A stretch of 64,000 nucleotides of DNA from an uncultured Gemmatimonadota bacterium. GTDB lineage: Bacteria > JAAXHH01. The notes beneath the pieces were generated by a model that made no database searches, was not told where the DNA came from, and saw nothing but the letters and a program-made list of their open reading frames with translations. This document shows, one piece after another, positions 10,217 to 19,845 of this stretch. How positions within the stretch are numbered: the stretch's first letter is position 1; the number at the start of each line of letters is the position of its first letter. The stretch is taken from positions 1,856,001 to 1,920,000 of the forward strand of contig OX638340.1 of NCBI GenBank assembly GCA_951812955.1, given 5' to 3'. The position numbers and the translations under genes are program-made.

Positions 10217-10744
10217 ATGAAATGGGACTATTACCGTCCTCATATAGACCGAAGAGTCCCGGGAAACAAAGTTGACCTGACTCCCTTGTGTAACGAATCC
10301 GAAGTTCGCAGGAACCTGATCCTGGATCTCGCCCGTCCCTTCCGCAACGTCGATCTGGACAAGGTAGCGAGTCCGGAATCGTTGGGATTCATCCTGGGCA
10401 GTGCGGTAGCCCAAAAGCTGAACAGGGGCTTCATTCCATTTCGTAAAGGGGGAGAACTACCCATCCATCGTCAGCACAGGTCGAGGGTCTCTTTTGTAGA
10501 CTATACCAGTGAGCGGAAATCCCTGGAGGTAAACAAAGACCTTATTCAACCTGAGGAACGCATTCTGATCGTGGATGATGTGATAGATACAGGTGCCCAG
10601 GTAACGGCCATGATTAAGTTGATCGAACGTCTACGTGGCGAAGTCGTTGGTGCTTCGGTACTTGTCGCCGACAGGAGCCCGAGAACAGCTCGTCTCATAG
10701 ACAAGTACAACGTACATGCTATCTATATGCCCATCATCGATTAA
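10217..10744 (+). CDS. Type I phosphoribosyltransferase (adenine PRTase-like)
   Basis: PRPP-binding loop ILIVDDVIDTGAQV and APRT-like GFIPFRKGGELP. The ORF opens at 10139, but the ATG at 10217 (MKWDYY) gives a typical length. Confidence 0.75.
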   Translation: MKWDYYRPHIDRRVPGNKVDLTPLCNESEVRRNLILDLARPFRNVDLDKVASPESLGFILGSAVAQKLNRGFIPFRKGGELPIHRQHRSRVSFVDYTSERKSLEVNKDLIQPEERILIVDDVIDTGAQVTAMIKLIERLRGEVVGASVLVADRSPRTARLIDKYNVHAIYMPIID

Positions 10745-10917
10745 ATGGGCACTGCGGAGACGGAGACAAGCCCTTCCGGAAAACCATCTGGTCAAAGGCT
10801 CGGATGAGATTCAGATTGTTAACGTCGTTTCACTTGCATCAACGCAGAGCAGCATCGAAGGCGTAAAACGGATGTCGCAGGCATCTTTAAACAAAAACAT
10901 TCCGCAGGTATCTGAAA

Positions 10918-11367
10918 ATGTCCACCGAATCTGATAAACAGCGCGTATACAACGGTGCGTATGGTTTGTGTCGTGACCCATCAGACCGCTTGCTCCTGGT
11001 TCGTGTAACAAGCGGATTGGCGGATGCCGGACTATGGACATTGCCTGGCGGTGGTATCGAATGGGGAGAGCACCCGGAAGACGCTTTACTTCGGGAATTG
11101 GAAGAAGAGACAGGCATTGTGGATATTGAAAGGTATCGGTTGGCTGCGGTTTATTCCCAGGTGTATGATAATCCGGCATATCGGGCGGACGACTCGGTAC
11201 ATCACATTGGATTGGTCTACGATGTTACGCTCGTAGCGTTCAGCCTCAGGGACGAAAAAGACGGTTCGACTGATCACTGCGAGTGGTTTACCGAAAGTCA
11301 GGCTCGACTATTGCCGCTTGGGCAACTGGGTGAATTTGGCGTCGAACTGGCTTGGCCAAAATCATGA
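10918..11367 (+). CDS. NUDIX hydrolase
   Basis: Canonical Nudix box GGGIEWGEHPEDALLRELEEETG. Confidence 0.85.
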   Translation: MSTESDKQRVYNGAYGLCRDPSDRLLLVRVTSGLADAGLWTLPGGGIEWGEHPEDALLRELEEETGIVDIERYRLAAVYSQVYDNPAYRADDSVHHIGLVYDVTLVAFSLRDEKDGSTDHCEWFTESQARLLPLGQLGEFGVELAWPKS

Positions 11368-11390
11368 TACGCTCACAAAACTAGAATGGC

Positions 11391-11765
11391 GTGAAACAAA
11401 CAGGTGCGCTAATGACACGAGCTCCGATTAAAGAACCCATCGCATTCGAAGACTTCGAAAAACTCGACATTCGGGCCGGTACGATCACTTCGGTCCGGGA
11501 AGTGGCCAATTCGAACAAGCTCATGAAGCTGGTTGTCGACTTCGGTGATCACACCCGTTCAATTCTGGCCGGAATAAAGAAGGAACGTGCAAACCCTCAG
11601 GAAATCGAAGGTAAGCAAGCACTCTTTTTGCTGAACCTGGCCGACAGGAAAATGGCAGGCGAGATTTCGCAGGGAATGCTCTTCGATATCGGCTATGCGG
11701 ACGGACTTACCCCGTGCCTCCTGGTACCCGAAATGCCTGTGCCAGATGGCGCGCGGGCTGGATGA
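11391..11765 (+). CDS. tRNA-binding domain protein (CsaA/EMAP-like)
   Basis: About 120 aa. FEKLDIRAGTITSVREV...KLMKLVVDFGD...ILAGIKK...GEISQGMLF matches the OB-fold tRNA-binding domain pattern. Alternative ATG at 11412. Confidence 0.75.
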   Translation: MKQTGALMTRAPIKEPIAFEDFEKLDIRAGTITSVREVANSNKLMKLVVDFGDHTRSILAGIKKERANPQEIEGKQALFLLNLADRKMAGEISQGMLFDIGYADGLTPCLLVPEMPVPDGARAG

Positions 11766-11846
11766 AAAGTGCCTTCTTGGGATGGTAGGTAGTAAAGATT
11801 GAGATTAGGGTTGTGCCAGTCTGGTCTGGCACCAAGGACGGGCATC

Positions 11847-12650
11847 ATGAATCAACCATTCGATGAAGCGGTAGAGGCCATTATAACCGGGGACGCAGCC
11901 ACCCTGACGAAGCTGTTGGTGGCACATCCCGATCTCATCAAGGCCCGGTCCCGGTCCGATCACAAGGCGACCCTGCTGCACTATGTGGCTGCCAATGGCG
12001 TCAAGGACGAGCTGCAAAAATCGCCGGAGAATGCCGCGGAAATCGCCCGGATACTGCTCGAGGCCGGGGCGGAGGTCGACACCCTCGCCGAAACATACGG
12101 TGGGGGCACGAACCAGACGACGCTATGCCTGCTGGTTTCCAGTATACATCCGGCGGCAGCGGGTGTGCAGCCGGCGCTGGTGCAGGTTTTATGTGATGCG
12201 GGCGCGGCTGTTAACGGAGTCGCTGATGACGGGGCGCCACTGGGAACCGCGTTGCTGTTCAGCTATAGGAAGTCGGTCGATATGCTGGCGAGGTGCGGCG
12301 CGCGCATCGATAATCTGCTTTTCGCCGCCGGCGTGGGCGACCTCGCGAGGGTGAAGTCCTTTCTCCACACAGACGGCCGGCTAAGACCCGAGGGGATGTA
12401 CCATGGGTCCCATCTCCCATCCCCTGCCGATGAGAAGTCACAGGTCGACCTGGCATTCGGCCTGGCCTGCTATCACTTGAGGATCGAAGTGATCCGGTTC
12501 CTCCTTGAAATGGGCGTGGATGTCAATGTTCGTTCGAACATTTTCGGTAGCATGCAAACCGGTCTATACTGGGCAACCCACGGTTTCCATACGGAGGAAG
12601 AGGAGCGCCCTGTCGTTGCGTTTCTGCAGTCACAGGGTGCTACCTCGTAA
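11847..12650 (+). CDS. Ankyrin-repeat protein
   Basis: Repeated ankyrin-like units (ATLLHYVAANGV...IARILLEAGAEVD; ...LVQVLCDAGAAVN; ...VIRFLLEMGVDVN). ATG at 11847 preferred over the TTG at 11799. Confidence 0.65.
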   Translation: MNQPFDEAVEAIITGDAATLTKLLVAHPDLIKARSRSDHKATLLHYVAANGVKDELQKSPENAAEIARILLEAGAEVDTLAETYGGGTNQTTLCLLVSSIHPAAAGVQPALVQVLCDAGAAVNGVADDGAPLGTALLFSYRKSVDMLARCGARIDNLLFAAGVGDLARVKSFLHTDGRLRPEGMYHGSHLPSPADEKSQVDLAFGLACYHLRIEVIRFLLEMGVDVNVRSNIFGSMQTGLYWATHGFHTEEEERPVVAFLQSQGATS

Positions 12651-12748
12651 CTCGGTGGAGTGCTATATCGCAGCACGGCGAAGCAATGTTTTTAGCATGG
12701 CGAGGCTGGTCGATATAAAAACAGCGATTCAGCTTGAATGGAGGCTGT

Positions 12749-14017
12749 ATGACATCCGATACCGTTACCGGCCGCCGCCAGCGTGAGCATGCGCGCTTCG
12801 GGGCCGCAACCCGGCTGGAATCCGATGGCCCGCTGCCACAGCCCTTTCCCCGGGAGATCGGTCCGCGGGCCATGGAGTACCTGGCCGAAGTCGTCGATTC
12901 CGGACTTACCTGCGACATGGTGGGCCGGTTCGAGCGCGCATTTGCCGATGCCAACGGCGTAGCGCACTGCATCGCAACGCCAGGCTGCACGCCGGCCCTG
13001 GCCGTGCTGGCCGCCGCTTTCGACTTTGAGCCGGGTGACGAGATCATTGTCAGCTCGGTCAGCGACTTCGGTACCGTGCAGGGCCTGATCAGCGCCGGTT
13101 TCATTCCCGTGTTCGCCGATACCGCTCCGGGCACGATCAACGTCAGCGCCGAAACGATCGAGTCATGCATTTCCGACCGCACACGCGCGATCCTTGTCGT
13201 ACACCTGAGTGGACTGATCTGCGACATGGACGCCATCAATGAAGTCGCCGCACGCCACGGCCTGGTCGTCTACGAGGACGCCTGCCAGGCAGTATTCGGT
13301 CGGTACAAGGGCCGCTTGGCCGGTACCCTGGCGACGGCTGGAGGCTTTTCTTTTGACGCCGAGAAGACCATGGGTTCCGACGTGGGCGGTTGCATCCTCA
13401 CCGACGACGACGCGTTGGCCGAGCGGGCGCGCTTCATCGGCCATGCCCGCGCCGGTGAGATGGTAGAGCACTTCGGGCGCGTTCACACGGCCAACGGCTT
13501 CGCTCATCGCATGACCCAGTCGACCGCGGCGATCAGCCTGGCCCAGCTTGAAATCATCCAGCCGCAGGTGAAGAAGCGCGATCGCATGATCCGCCTGCTG
13601 AGCTCCCTACTCGACGAGATCCCAGGCGTGTCGGCGTTGCCTATTCCGCAGGAGACCGAGGTGTACTCTTGCTGGATGGCGGGATTCACCATCGACCCGG
13701 AACAGTTCCGATGCGACGTGGAAGAGTTCGGCGCCCAGGTAGCAGCCGGAGGCATCCCCGGAGCCAGCCCGATGCGCTACTATTTGCTGCCCGTAGCCCT
13801 TCCCTTCCTAAACGAAGCAGCCGAGCAGCAGCGCTTCCCCTACTCGCAACCTCCGGCGTCACGCACCTACCGCTACGACGCGGAAAGCTGTCCGAACGCC
13901 CACGGGATACTTGAGCGTTTCATCCGCTGGAGTTCGTTCTGCGACAAGTACGAGCCCCACCACTGCGAGCAGGCAGCCGCCATAGTGCGCCGCGTAGCCG
14001 ACGAGAACCGCAGATGA
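12749..14017 (+). CDS. DegT/DnrJ/EryC1/StrS-family PLP aminotransferase
   Basis: Family pattern includes the PLP-lysine region GGFSFDAEKTMGS. GGAGG lies 4 nt (12745-12748) upstream of the ATG at 12749; the ORF opens at 12734. Confidence 0.8.
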   Translation: MTSDTVTGRRQREHARFGAATRLESDGPLPQPFPREIGPRAMEYLAEVVDSGLTCDMVGRFERAFADANGVAHCIATPGCTPALAVLAAAFDFEPGDEIIVSSVSDFGTVQGLISAGFIPVFADTAPGTINVSAETIESCISDRTRAILVVHLSGLICDMDAINEVAARHGLVVYEDACQAVFGRYKGRLAGTLATAGGFSFDAEKTMGSDVGGCILTDDDALAERARFIGHARAGEMVEHFGRVHTANGFAHRMTQSTAAISLAQLEIIQPQVKKRDRMIRLLSSLLDEIPGVSALPIPQETEVYSCWMAGFTIDPEQFRCDVEEFGAQVAAGGIPGASPMRYYLLPVALPFLNEAAEQQRFPYSQPPASRTYRYDAESCPNAHGILERFIRWSSFCDKYEPHHCEQAAAIVRRVADENRR

Positions 14018-14808
14018 CCAAGAACAGTGGAGAACATTCGGTGGAGAAAGCGCTACAACTGCCCGCCCGCTACTACAGGGCCCTGCCGACTGATCGACCA
14101 GGATTCGAAGAGGTCATTCTTTCGCTCCCATTGAAGAAAACGGCCCTGGTAGGCATGCACTGCTGGAACATCGGCTGCCCGGACGGCCCGTCCGTGGACA
14201 CCGATTTCTGCGTCGGCATGGGCTGGCCCCAGGCATCCCAGGAGGCCGCCCGAATCATGGCCGAGGTCATCCGCCCTGCCATGGACCTTGCCCGTTCGAT
14301 AGGTATGCCCGTCTGCCACGTAGAGACGGATTGGATGGACCGACAGTATCCCCACGTCGAGTCCCGGCGCTCTCGCGACTCGGCACCGATACACCCCAGG
14401 CAGCGCGAGATGCTCGAACGGGCTCACGGCAAAGACTACATGGAGCGTTCCCCACTGGCACAGATGCGGCGGGCCGAAATCGTTTCACCGGTCGGAGACG
14501 AGCCCCTCATGTTCTACTCCGATGTGCTGGACGAGTATCTGAGCGAACGCGGCGTGGATACGCTCATCTATATGGGGTTCGCGGCCGATATGTGCCTGCT
14601 CGGCGCCGAGGGAGGCGCCCGTCCCATGTTGGCTCGCGGATATCGCTGCATCGTGATACGCGACGCGACCGTTGGCGTGGAGTCGCCGGACACCTTCCCG
14701 CAGCGGTTGGCAACCAACTATGGTCTCCACATCTTCGAGTGGACGCTGGGATACGGCTGTACTTTCGCCCAGTTTCAGCACGCTGTCGACGTAATGAGAG
14801 GTGCATAG
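14014..14808 (+). CDS. Isochorismatase-family cysteine hydrolase
   Basis: ATGA start/stop overlap with the upstream aminotransferase. Has ALVGMHCWN and the catalytic-Cys region LIYMGFAADMCLLG typical of isochorismatase-like hydrolases. Confidence 0.7.
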   Translation: MTKNSGEHSVEKALQLPARYYRALPTDRPGFEEVILSLPLKKTALVGMHCWNIGCPDGPSVDTDFCVGMGWPQASQEAARIMAEVIRPAMDLARSIGMPVCHVETDWMDRQYPHVESRRSRDSAPIHPRQREMLERAHGKDYMERSPLAQMRRAEIVSPVGDEPLMFYSDVLDEYLSERGVDTLIYMGFAADMCLLGAEGGARPMLARGYRCIVIRDATVGVESPDTFPQRLATNYGLHIFEWTLGYGCTFAQFQHAVDVMRGA

Positions 14809-14905
14809 CGTCGAGCAGTAAGGCCGAAACATCGAGGTGAAATGTAATCGGTGATGAGATGAACAGCAACGAACCGACGGGCGAAATGGCAAGAGGCGAT
14901 CACCC

Positions 14906-15970
14906 ATGAGTCTGAGCATATGCCCCTGGAAGTACGGCAAGCGCTGGGTTTACTCGATCACCTACGACGAGGCCCTCGCTGACCTGCACCGATTCGCCAT
15001 CCCGATGCACAAGGAATACAGGATTCCTGGCCACGTCGAAGTCGTCGTCGGCCAGTTGGGCGAGATCCGCAAGATCGGAAACTCCAGCTTCAACGGCTTC
15101 CGCCACATGAACGCGGACGAGTTGCGCGACCTGCTCGCTAGAGGCTGGGGCGTGGGCAACCACTCATGGAGCCACGAGATCATCACGCCGGAGACGGTGG
15201 ACCGGGAGATCGGCCAAGCCAAGATGGTGCTGGAAGAAGCACTCGGAGAAGCAATCATCCTGTACTGCTCGCCTGGCGACAACACGAACATGGCGGACCA
15301 TGTCCTCGAGGCCTGCCGCCGCTACGGTTACCTGGGCGCCATGAGCCTGACGGATGCGCTGAATCTGCCTGTGGACGAGCTATTTTGGATCAACCGCACG
15401 GCCCTGCACGACCACTACTACCCACCCTTCTACAGCGCCTTTGACCCGTACCGGAACATCCGCCAGGCCCAGGAGCTGCAGGGCTGGCTCATCGATTACT
15501 GTCACTGCCCTTTGGAGAGGGCCATCCATCCCAACAAGGACTGCTCCGAAGCCCAGCTACGGCAGCGACTGGAGACTGTACTTACCGAGGGGGGTGACGC
15601 GGTCTGGTGCGCGATGCCCGAAGAAGCGCTCAGTTATCACCTGATGCGGCGACATGCCAGGATCGAGATAGTGGCTCTGGGTAATGGAAAAGTGGGTGAT
15701 GATAATGACGAAATGGAAAGTGGCGCGTCTGGAGATGACGACGATGATGCGCGGCGCTATCGCATCGCCCTACCTGAATTGCCCGTGCAGGTACCCTACC
15801 GAAGCCTGACGCTGGAAGTCGGCGTGCCTGCCGCCTGGTGTCGCGACCCCCGTGTGACGGTGGATGGACAGGAACAATCGGCGGAAGCCCTGCGGCCGGG
15901 TGTGCTTCGGGTGACTACGCTCGTGAAGGACGGGACCGAAGTCGAGGTTCGGGAATCTCCACGTCCTTGA
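14906..15970 (+). CDS. Polysaccharide deacetylase (NodB/CE4 family)
   Basis: NodB motifs SITYDEA (TFDD-like) and GNHSWSHE (HSxxH). Contains an acidic low-complexity insert, GDDNDEMESGASGDDDDD. Confidence 0.7.
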   Translation: MSLSICPWKYGKRWVYSITYDEALADLHRFAIPMHKEYRIPGHVEVVVGQLGEIRKIGNSSFNGFRHMNADELRDLLARGWGVGNHSWSHEIITPETVDREIGQAKMVLEEALGEAIILYCSPGDNTNMADHVLEACRRYGYLGAMSLTDALNLPVDELFWINRTALHDHYYPPFYSAFDPYRNIRQAQELQGWLIDYCHCPLERAIHPNKDCSEAQLRQRLETVLTEGGDAVWCAMPEEALSYHLMRRHARIEIVALGNGKVGDDNDEMESGASGDDDDDARRYRIALPELPVQVPYRSLTLEVGVPAAWCRDPRVTVDGQEQSAEALRPGVLRVTTLVKDGTEVEVRESPRP

Positions 15971-16080
15971 CCCTTTAATCCCCAATCCGCAGTTTGGCTC
16001 CTGGCGACGGAACCCGACCCGAGTGGGTCGCATGAATATCTGGCGTTCACACATGAAATCGACCGATATGGGAGGGAAAG

Positions 16081-16470
16081 TTGTCGCGTACGTCATTGGG
16101 TAAAATCTCACCGTTTTGGGTCGTGGACAAATTAGCCCCTTCGGTCGCTTTTTACATAAAATTGGGATTCGAAGTCCGCCACCAGTCACCAGAAGAAGAC
16201 CCGTTCTTTGCAATTGTTGGTCGAGACGACACGCAGATTCTCCTGAAGGAAATCACCGAAGACATCAATCCGCAGCCGAACAGGACACGTCACCCCTGGG
16301 CACGATGGGATGCATTTATCAGCGTCGAGAATCCCGATGCACTGGCGGCGGAGTTTGCCGAGGCCAATGTAAGGTTTGCCAGGGAGCTCGAGGATACCGA
16401 GGAAGGGTTAAGAGGTTTTGAGTTGCGCGACAACGATGGATACATCCTTTTCTTTGGTCGGCCGCGGTAA
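16081..16470 (+). CDS. VOC/glyoxalase/bleomycin-resistance-fold protein
   Basis: 129 aa. C-terminal GFELRDNDGYILFFG is typical of the VOC fold. The TTG start is preceded by GGGAGGG. Confidence 0.75.
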   Translation: MSRTSLGKISPFWVVDKLAPSVAFYIKLGFEVRHQSPEEDPFFAIVGRDDTQILLKEITEDINPQPNRTRHPWARWDAFISVENPDALAAEFAEANVRFARELEDTEEGLRGFELRDNDGYILFFGRPR

Positions 16471-16554
16471 TTTGCCATGACCAACACTGATACTGGTTTT
16501 TCAATAAGGCTATTAGTACTTTCACAAATTCCACTTCCATAGACGAGGATACCA

Positions 16555-17292
16555 ATGGCAATTATGAGGAGTCTCTGCCTGTCGGTCGTGATGTGCTGCC
16601 TACTGTGGAACGTCCAACCATGCGATGCCCAGTCCGCTGAGCGACAGGTCGCACAACGTCTGTTGCTTGAGAACGGAGAGCTAACCGAGATGAAATACCT
16701 GAAATACCTCCCGCCTTCATATGACAGTAACGAAGAGGAATGGCCGCTGCTTTTGTTCCTCCACGGCGCAGGTGAACGTGGAGACGACCTGGAGATGGTT
16801 AAGGTCCACGGTCCGCCGAAAATGATCGCCCAGGGGAGGGATTTCCCTTACGTCGTCATTTCGCCGCAATGCCCGGAGGATGTCTGGTGGTCCATAGAAA
16901 CGCTGCATGCGCTGGTAAACGAAGTCCTCGAGACCCATCGCATCGATAAGTCCAGGATCTATGTGACCGGTCTGAGCATGGGTGGATACGGTTCGTGGGA
17001 GCTGGCGTATACCTATCCTGAAATGTTTACCGCGGTCGCGCCCATTTGCGGGATGGGGGATCCGGAAAAAGCGCATTTGATGAAGGGCATACCGACCTGG
17101 GTCTTCCACGGCGCGAAAGATGAGATCGTGCCACTGGTGCGATCCCAGGAGATGGTTGATGCGCTCGAGGAGGTCGGAGGCAATGTTCGCTTTACAGTTT
17201 ATCCGGAAGCAGGCCATGTTGGGGCCTGGGAAAATGCGTACGACGATCCTGAGTTTTGGGAGTGGCTTTCGGCGCAGAGGCGTGCGGAGTAA
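16555..17292 (+). CDS. Secreted alpha/beta-hydrolase (phospholipase/carboxylesterase family)
   Basis: Signal peptide MAIMRSLCLSVVMCCLLWNVQPCDAQS, nucleophile elbow GLSMGG, FLHGAGERG oxyanion region and a C-terminal His (EAGH). Confidence 0.8.
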   Translation: MAIMRSLCLSVVMCCLLWNVQPCDAQSAERQVAQRLLLENGELTEMKYLKYLPPSYDSNEEEWPLLLFLHGAGERGDDLEMVKVHGPPKMIAQGRDFPYVVISPQCPEDVWWSIETLHALVNEVLETHRIDKSRIYVTGLSMGGYGSWELAYTYPEMFTAVAPICGMGDPEKAHLMKGIPTWVFHGAKDEIVPLVRSQEMVDALEEVGGNVRFTVYPEAGHVGAWENAYDDPEFWEWLSAQRRAE

Positions 17293-17325
17293 CAATAACC
17301 AGGTGTTGAATAGTTCGATTAGCTC

Positions 17326-19845
17326 TCAGCACGACCTCAGAATCGCACCACCCCTCCGCAAAACATCAAATGAATGTTCCCGGCCGCCCACTCTCAACCT
17401 GAACCCACCGTCCTCCCGGCCAACCCGACCCTTCGCAGAACCGCTGCAAAATGCAAGGACCATGACGTCGTCGTCCGTACCCGCCACCAGCCTTGTCGAG
17501 GCCTCGGTTGCATCCGGTAGGAAGCTGACGAGGCTGCCGGCGGCGAGCCCGGAGGGTGCGTAGGGCACCTCCTCTGTCCGCCACTGAAGCCCTTTTCCAA
17601 GCACCGAAATAACCTCCACCAGACTTGATCCCGAGCCTAACCGGGCGCGGTCTCCCTCCAAGCCGCGCAGGTCCACGGGGTTCAGCTTGTAGGACAACTC
17701 GCCACTGCCCGTTTCCGGTCCCAATCCATCTGCCGGATCCACGATGAGCCGGCGTCGGCCCGGGCAGCGGAGGTTGATCAGCGCGATATCGCAGTCCGCG
17801 GAGACTCCGGGCGTCTGGATTGAACCGCCGAAGGCCAATGCGGTATTGGGCTTGACGTAGAACGTGCGCGGTTCTTCCCGAGAAGCGAGTCCCTGCGTGT
17901 CCCGGCCCATCTCGCCGAAGATAACCGGGTCGTCCAGACGACTCGACCTGTCATCAAGAACAATCTCCATCCATGGCTTGCCGCCGCGCCGGTTGAAGCC
18001 GCCCCAAGCGATTTGCACGTCGTGCCACGTGCCTACTTCCACAGTACCCGGCGCTTGTACGGAAACCAGGTTGTTGTTCTGGCTCTGCACATTGAATTGC
18101 AGTTTGCCGTCCGTATCAGCAACCAGGGCGAATGTGTTGACCCCAGTCCCAAGATGCCCGCCGACCCCGTTCCCGGCGTTGAACAGCACCCTGAGGCCGC
18201 TCGCGTGTCCCCGCAACCGGAAACGAAGACGCAGGCGTCCGTCGTTGGCGTTAAACCATGGTTTGGCGTCGTATTGCAGGGCGTCGCCGCCACTTACCCG
18301 AATAAGCGGACTAACGTCCTTTACTACCCTAACGCCGCGTGGGCGACGCCGCAGGGCCACGAGCAGGATAGGATCGTCCCCGCGTGACAGCCAGTATTCG
18401 TGCTCGGTTCGCCGGGAGGAGACGCACAGCCGCTGCCAGTGCTTCATGCGTTTCAGGCCGCCCGGCAAGGCGACGGTCTCGTTCTGGCCGCCCACGCAGG
18501 GCAGGCTGCCGCAAGTCACCGGCTGGGCCTCGAAGGCACTTATGGTACGCAGCAGCGGACTGCCCGCCCACTGAACGTGCAGGCTCATGAAGTTGGCGGC
18601 CAGGCCGCCGGCGTATCCGCTGACGCTTAAAATCGCCGCGTTGGGTTCGTGACCGCTGCGCATCACGACGAATCGGCCCGTGTACATGTCGTAACTACCC
18701 GCCAGCGAAGTCACTTGCCGCGACCTGGTCGAGCGGAAAGCGGGATCGTAATAGCAGTAGGCGTACGGTCCGTAGGAAATCATGCACTCCGCGGTCGAAC
18801 CCTTGACGCCCATTCCGAATCGATACAGCCGACCCAGGCGCGGATCGGAAAGGGCGACATCGCGCAGCCTACCGTCTCCGGCCTCCTGGGCCAGCCTCAG
18901 GAGCACCGGCGAACAATTATCCAGCTGACCGCCTAGTACGACGTTGGAATTGATGGGATAGTACAGCTCGTCGGGGATTTCCCGAGGCGCCGTCCAGTGA
19001 GCGCGGAACCACGCAAGCGGACGACGAAACCGGTCAGGAACCTCGCTCATCAGATCGATACCGGTAACATTGCGCAGCGCATCGGCGAAATGCAGGAGCC
19101 ACAGGTTTTCAAAACCCCAGAAGGTGGGTCCGTCTACGGGCTCGCCACCGGGACCGCAGCCGTGGGGCAGGACGCCGATCCGAAAGCGATCGATAACCGC
19201 CTGCACCCATGCTTCCGCGCGGGGATGCTCACCCAGCAGATGAACCGCGGCTACCCCGAAGTGCCCATAGTCGACGACGGTGTGGTGCCCGCCTGCCTTG
19301 AAGTGCCGTCGTTCGTCCACATACAACCACCAGCGATCCATCAACTCCACGAGACTGTCACGGACCTGACGCTTTTCGGCCTCGAGCAATACTTCGTCCA
19401 TCAGGTCGAGGGCAAGCGCGAAAGCGTGCATGTAGCGGTTGGCAGTGTAGAAGTGCTCCTCCACGTGATCGCCGTGGTCCCAGCCCGCCGCGGCCCGCAG
19501 CCAGGCGCGGGCCCGTCCAAGCCAGCGCGGGTCGTCCGTGAGTCGCCAGGCGAAGGCGTAATTTTCGATCAGGGCCGTGGCCTGCATGGCGGTGTAAAAG
19601 GTAAGGTAGAGTTGGTGATTTGGGTGGGGGCTGTGCATTCGGCGCGGGACCCGTCGCCAAGGCCGCTGACCTGCATACAGCTCGCAGTCGTCCAGAAGTC
19701 TGGAGAGGATGCGGCGGCGAACCGGATCGGCCGGTGGCTTGAACTCGAAACCGGGATCGTCGACTGGCCTGAACAACCGGGGTCTTTCGTGGCGGATAAC
19801 CGAGACACGAGAATGATCCGGCGAGTTGGATTGTATGGCGGTCAT
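17326..19845 (-). CDS. Heparinase II/III-like (polysaccharide lyase-like) protein with C-terminal LamG/concanavalin-like domain
   Basis: 839 aa. The N-terminal alpha/alpha-toroid-like region (YLTFYTAMQATALIENYAFAWRLTDDPRWLGRARAWL...EEHFYTANRYMHAFALALD) resembles DUF4962/heparinase II/III. The C-terminal segment (LRVLFNAGNG...FALVADTDGKLQFNV...GTWHDVQIAWGG) resembles a LamG jelly-roll. Confidence 0.6.
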   Translation of the reverse strand: MTAIQSNSPDHSRVSVIRHERPRLFRPVDDPGFEFKPPADPVRRRILSRLLDDCELYAGQRPWRRVPRRMHSPHPNHQLYLTFYTAMQATALIENYAFAWRLTDDPRWLGRARAWLRAAAGWDHGDHVEEHFYTANRYMHAFALALDLMDEVLLEAEKRQVRDSLVELMDRWWLYVDERRHFKAGGHHTVVDYGHFGVAAVHLLGEHPRAEAWVQAVIDRFRIGVLPHGCGPGGEPVDGPTFWGFENLWLLHFADALRNVTGIDLMSEVPDRFRRPLAWFRAHWTAPREIPDELYYPINSNVVLGGQLDNCSPVLLRLAQEAGDGRLRDVALSDPRLGRLYRFGMGVKGSTAECMISYGPYAYCYYDPAFRSTRSRQVTSLAGSYDMYTGRFVVMRSGHEPNAAILSVSGYAGGLAANFMSLHVQWAGSPLLRTISAFEAQPVTCGSLPCVGGQNETVALPGGLKRMKHWQRLCVSSRRTEHEYWLSRGDDPILLVALRRRPRGVRVVKDVSPLIRVSGGDALQYDAKPWFNANDGRLRLRFRLRGHASGLRVLFNAGNGVGGHLGTGVNTFALVADTDGKLQFNVQSQNNNLVSVQAPGTVEVGTWHDVQIAWGGFNRRGGKPWMEIVLDDRSSRLDDPVIFGEMGRDTQGLASREEPRTFYVKPNTALAFGGSIQTPGVSADCDIALINLRCPGRRRLIVDPADGLGPETGSGELSYKLNPVDLRGLEGDRARLGSGSSLVEVISVLGKGLQWRTEEVPYAPSGLAAGSLVSFLPDATEASTRLVAGTDDDVMVLAFCSGSAKGRVGREDGGFRLRVGGREHSFDVLRRGGAILRSC

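Noticed and set aside
14859-14909. 16-codon upstream ORF (MNSNEPTGEMARGDHP) overlapping the deacetylase start by ATGA
   Set aside because: It has no SD and no conservation evidence. It is most likely a chance ORF in a 97-nt spacer.
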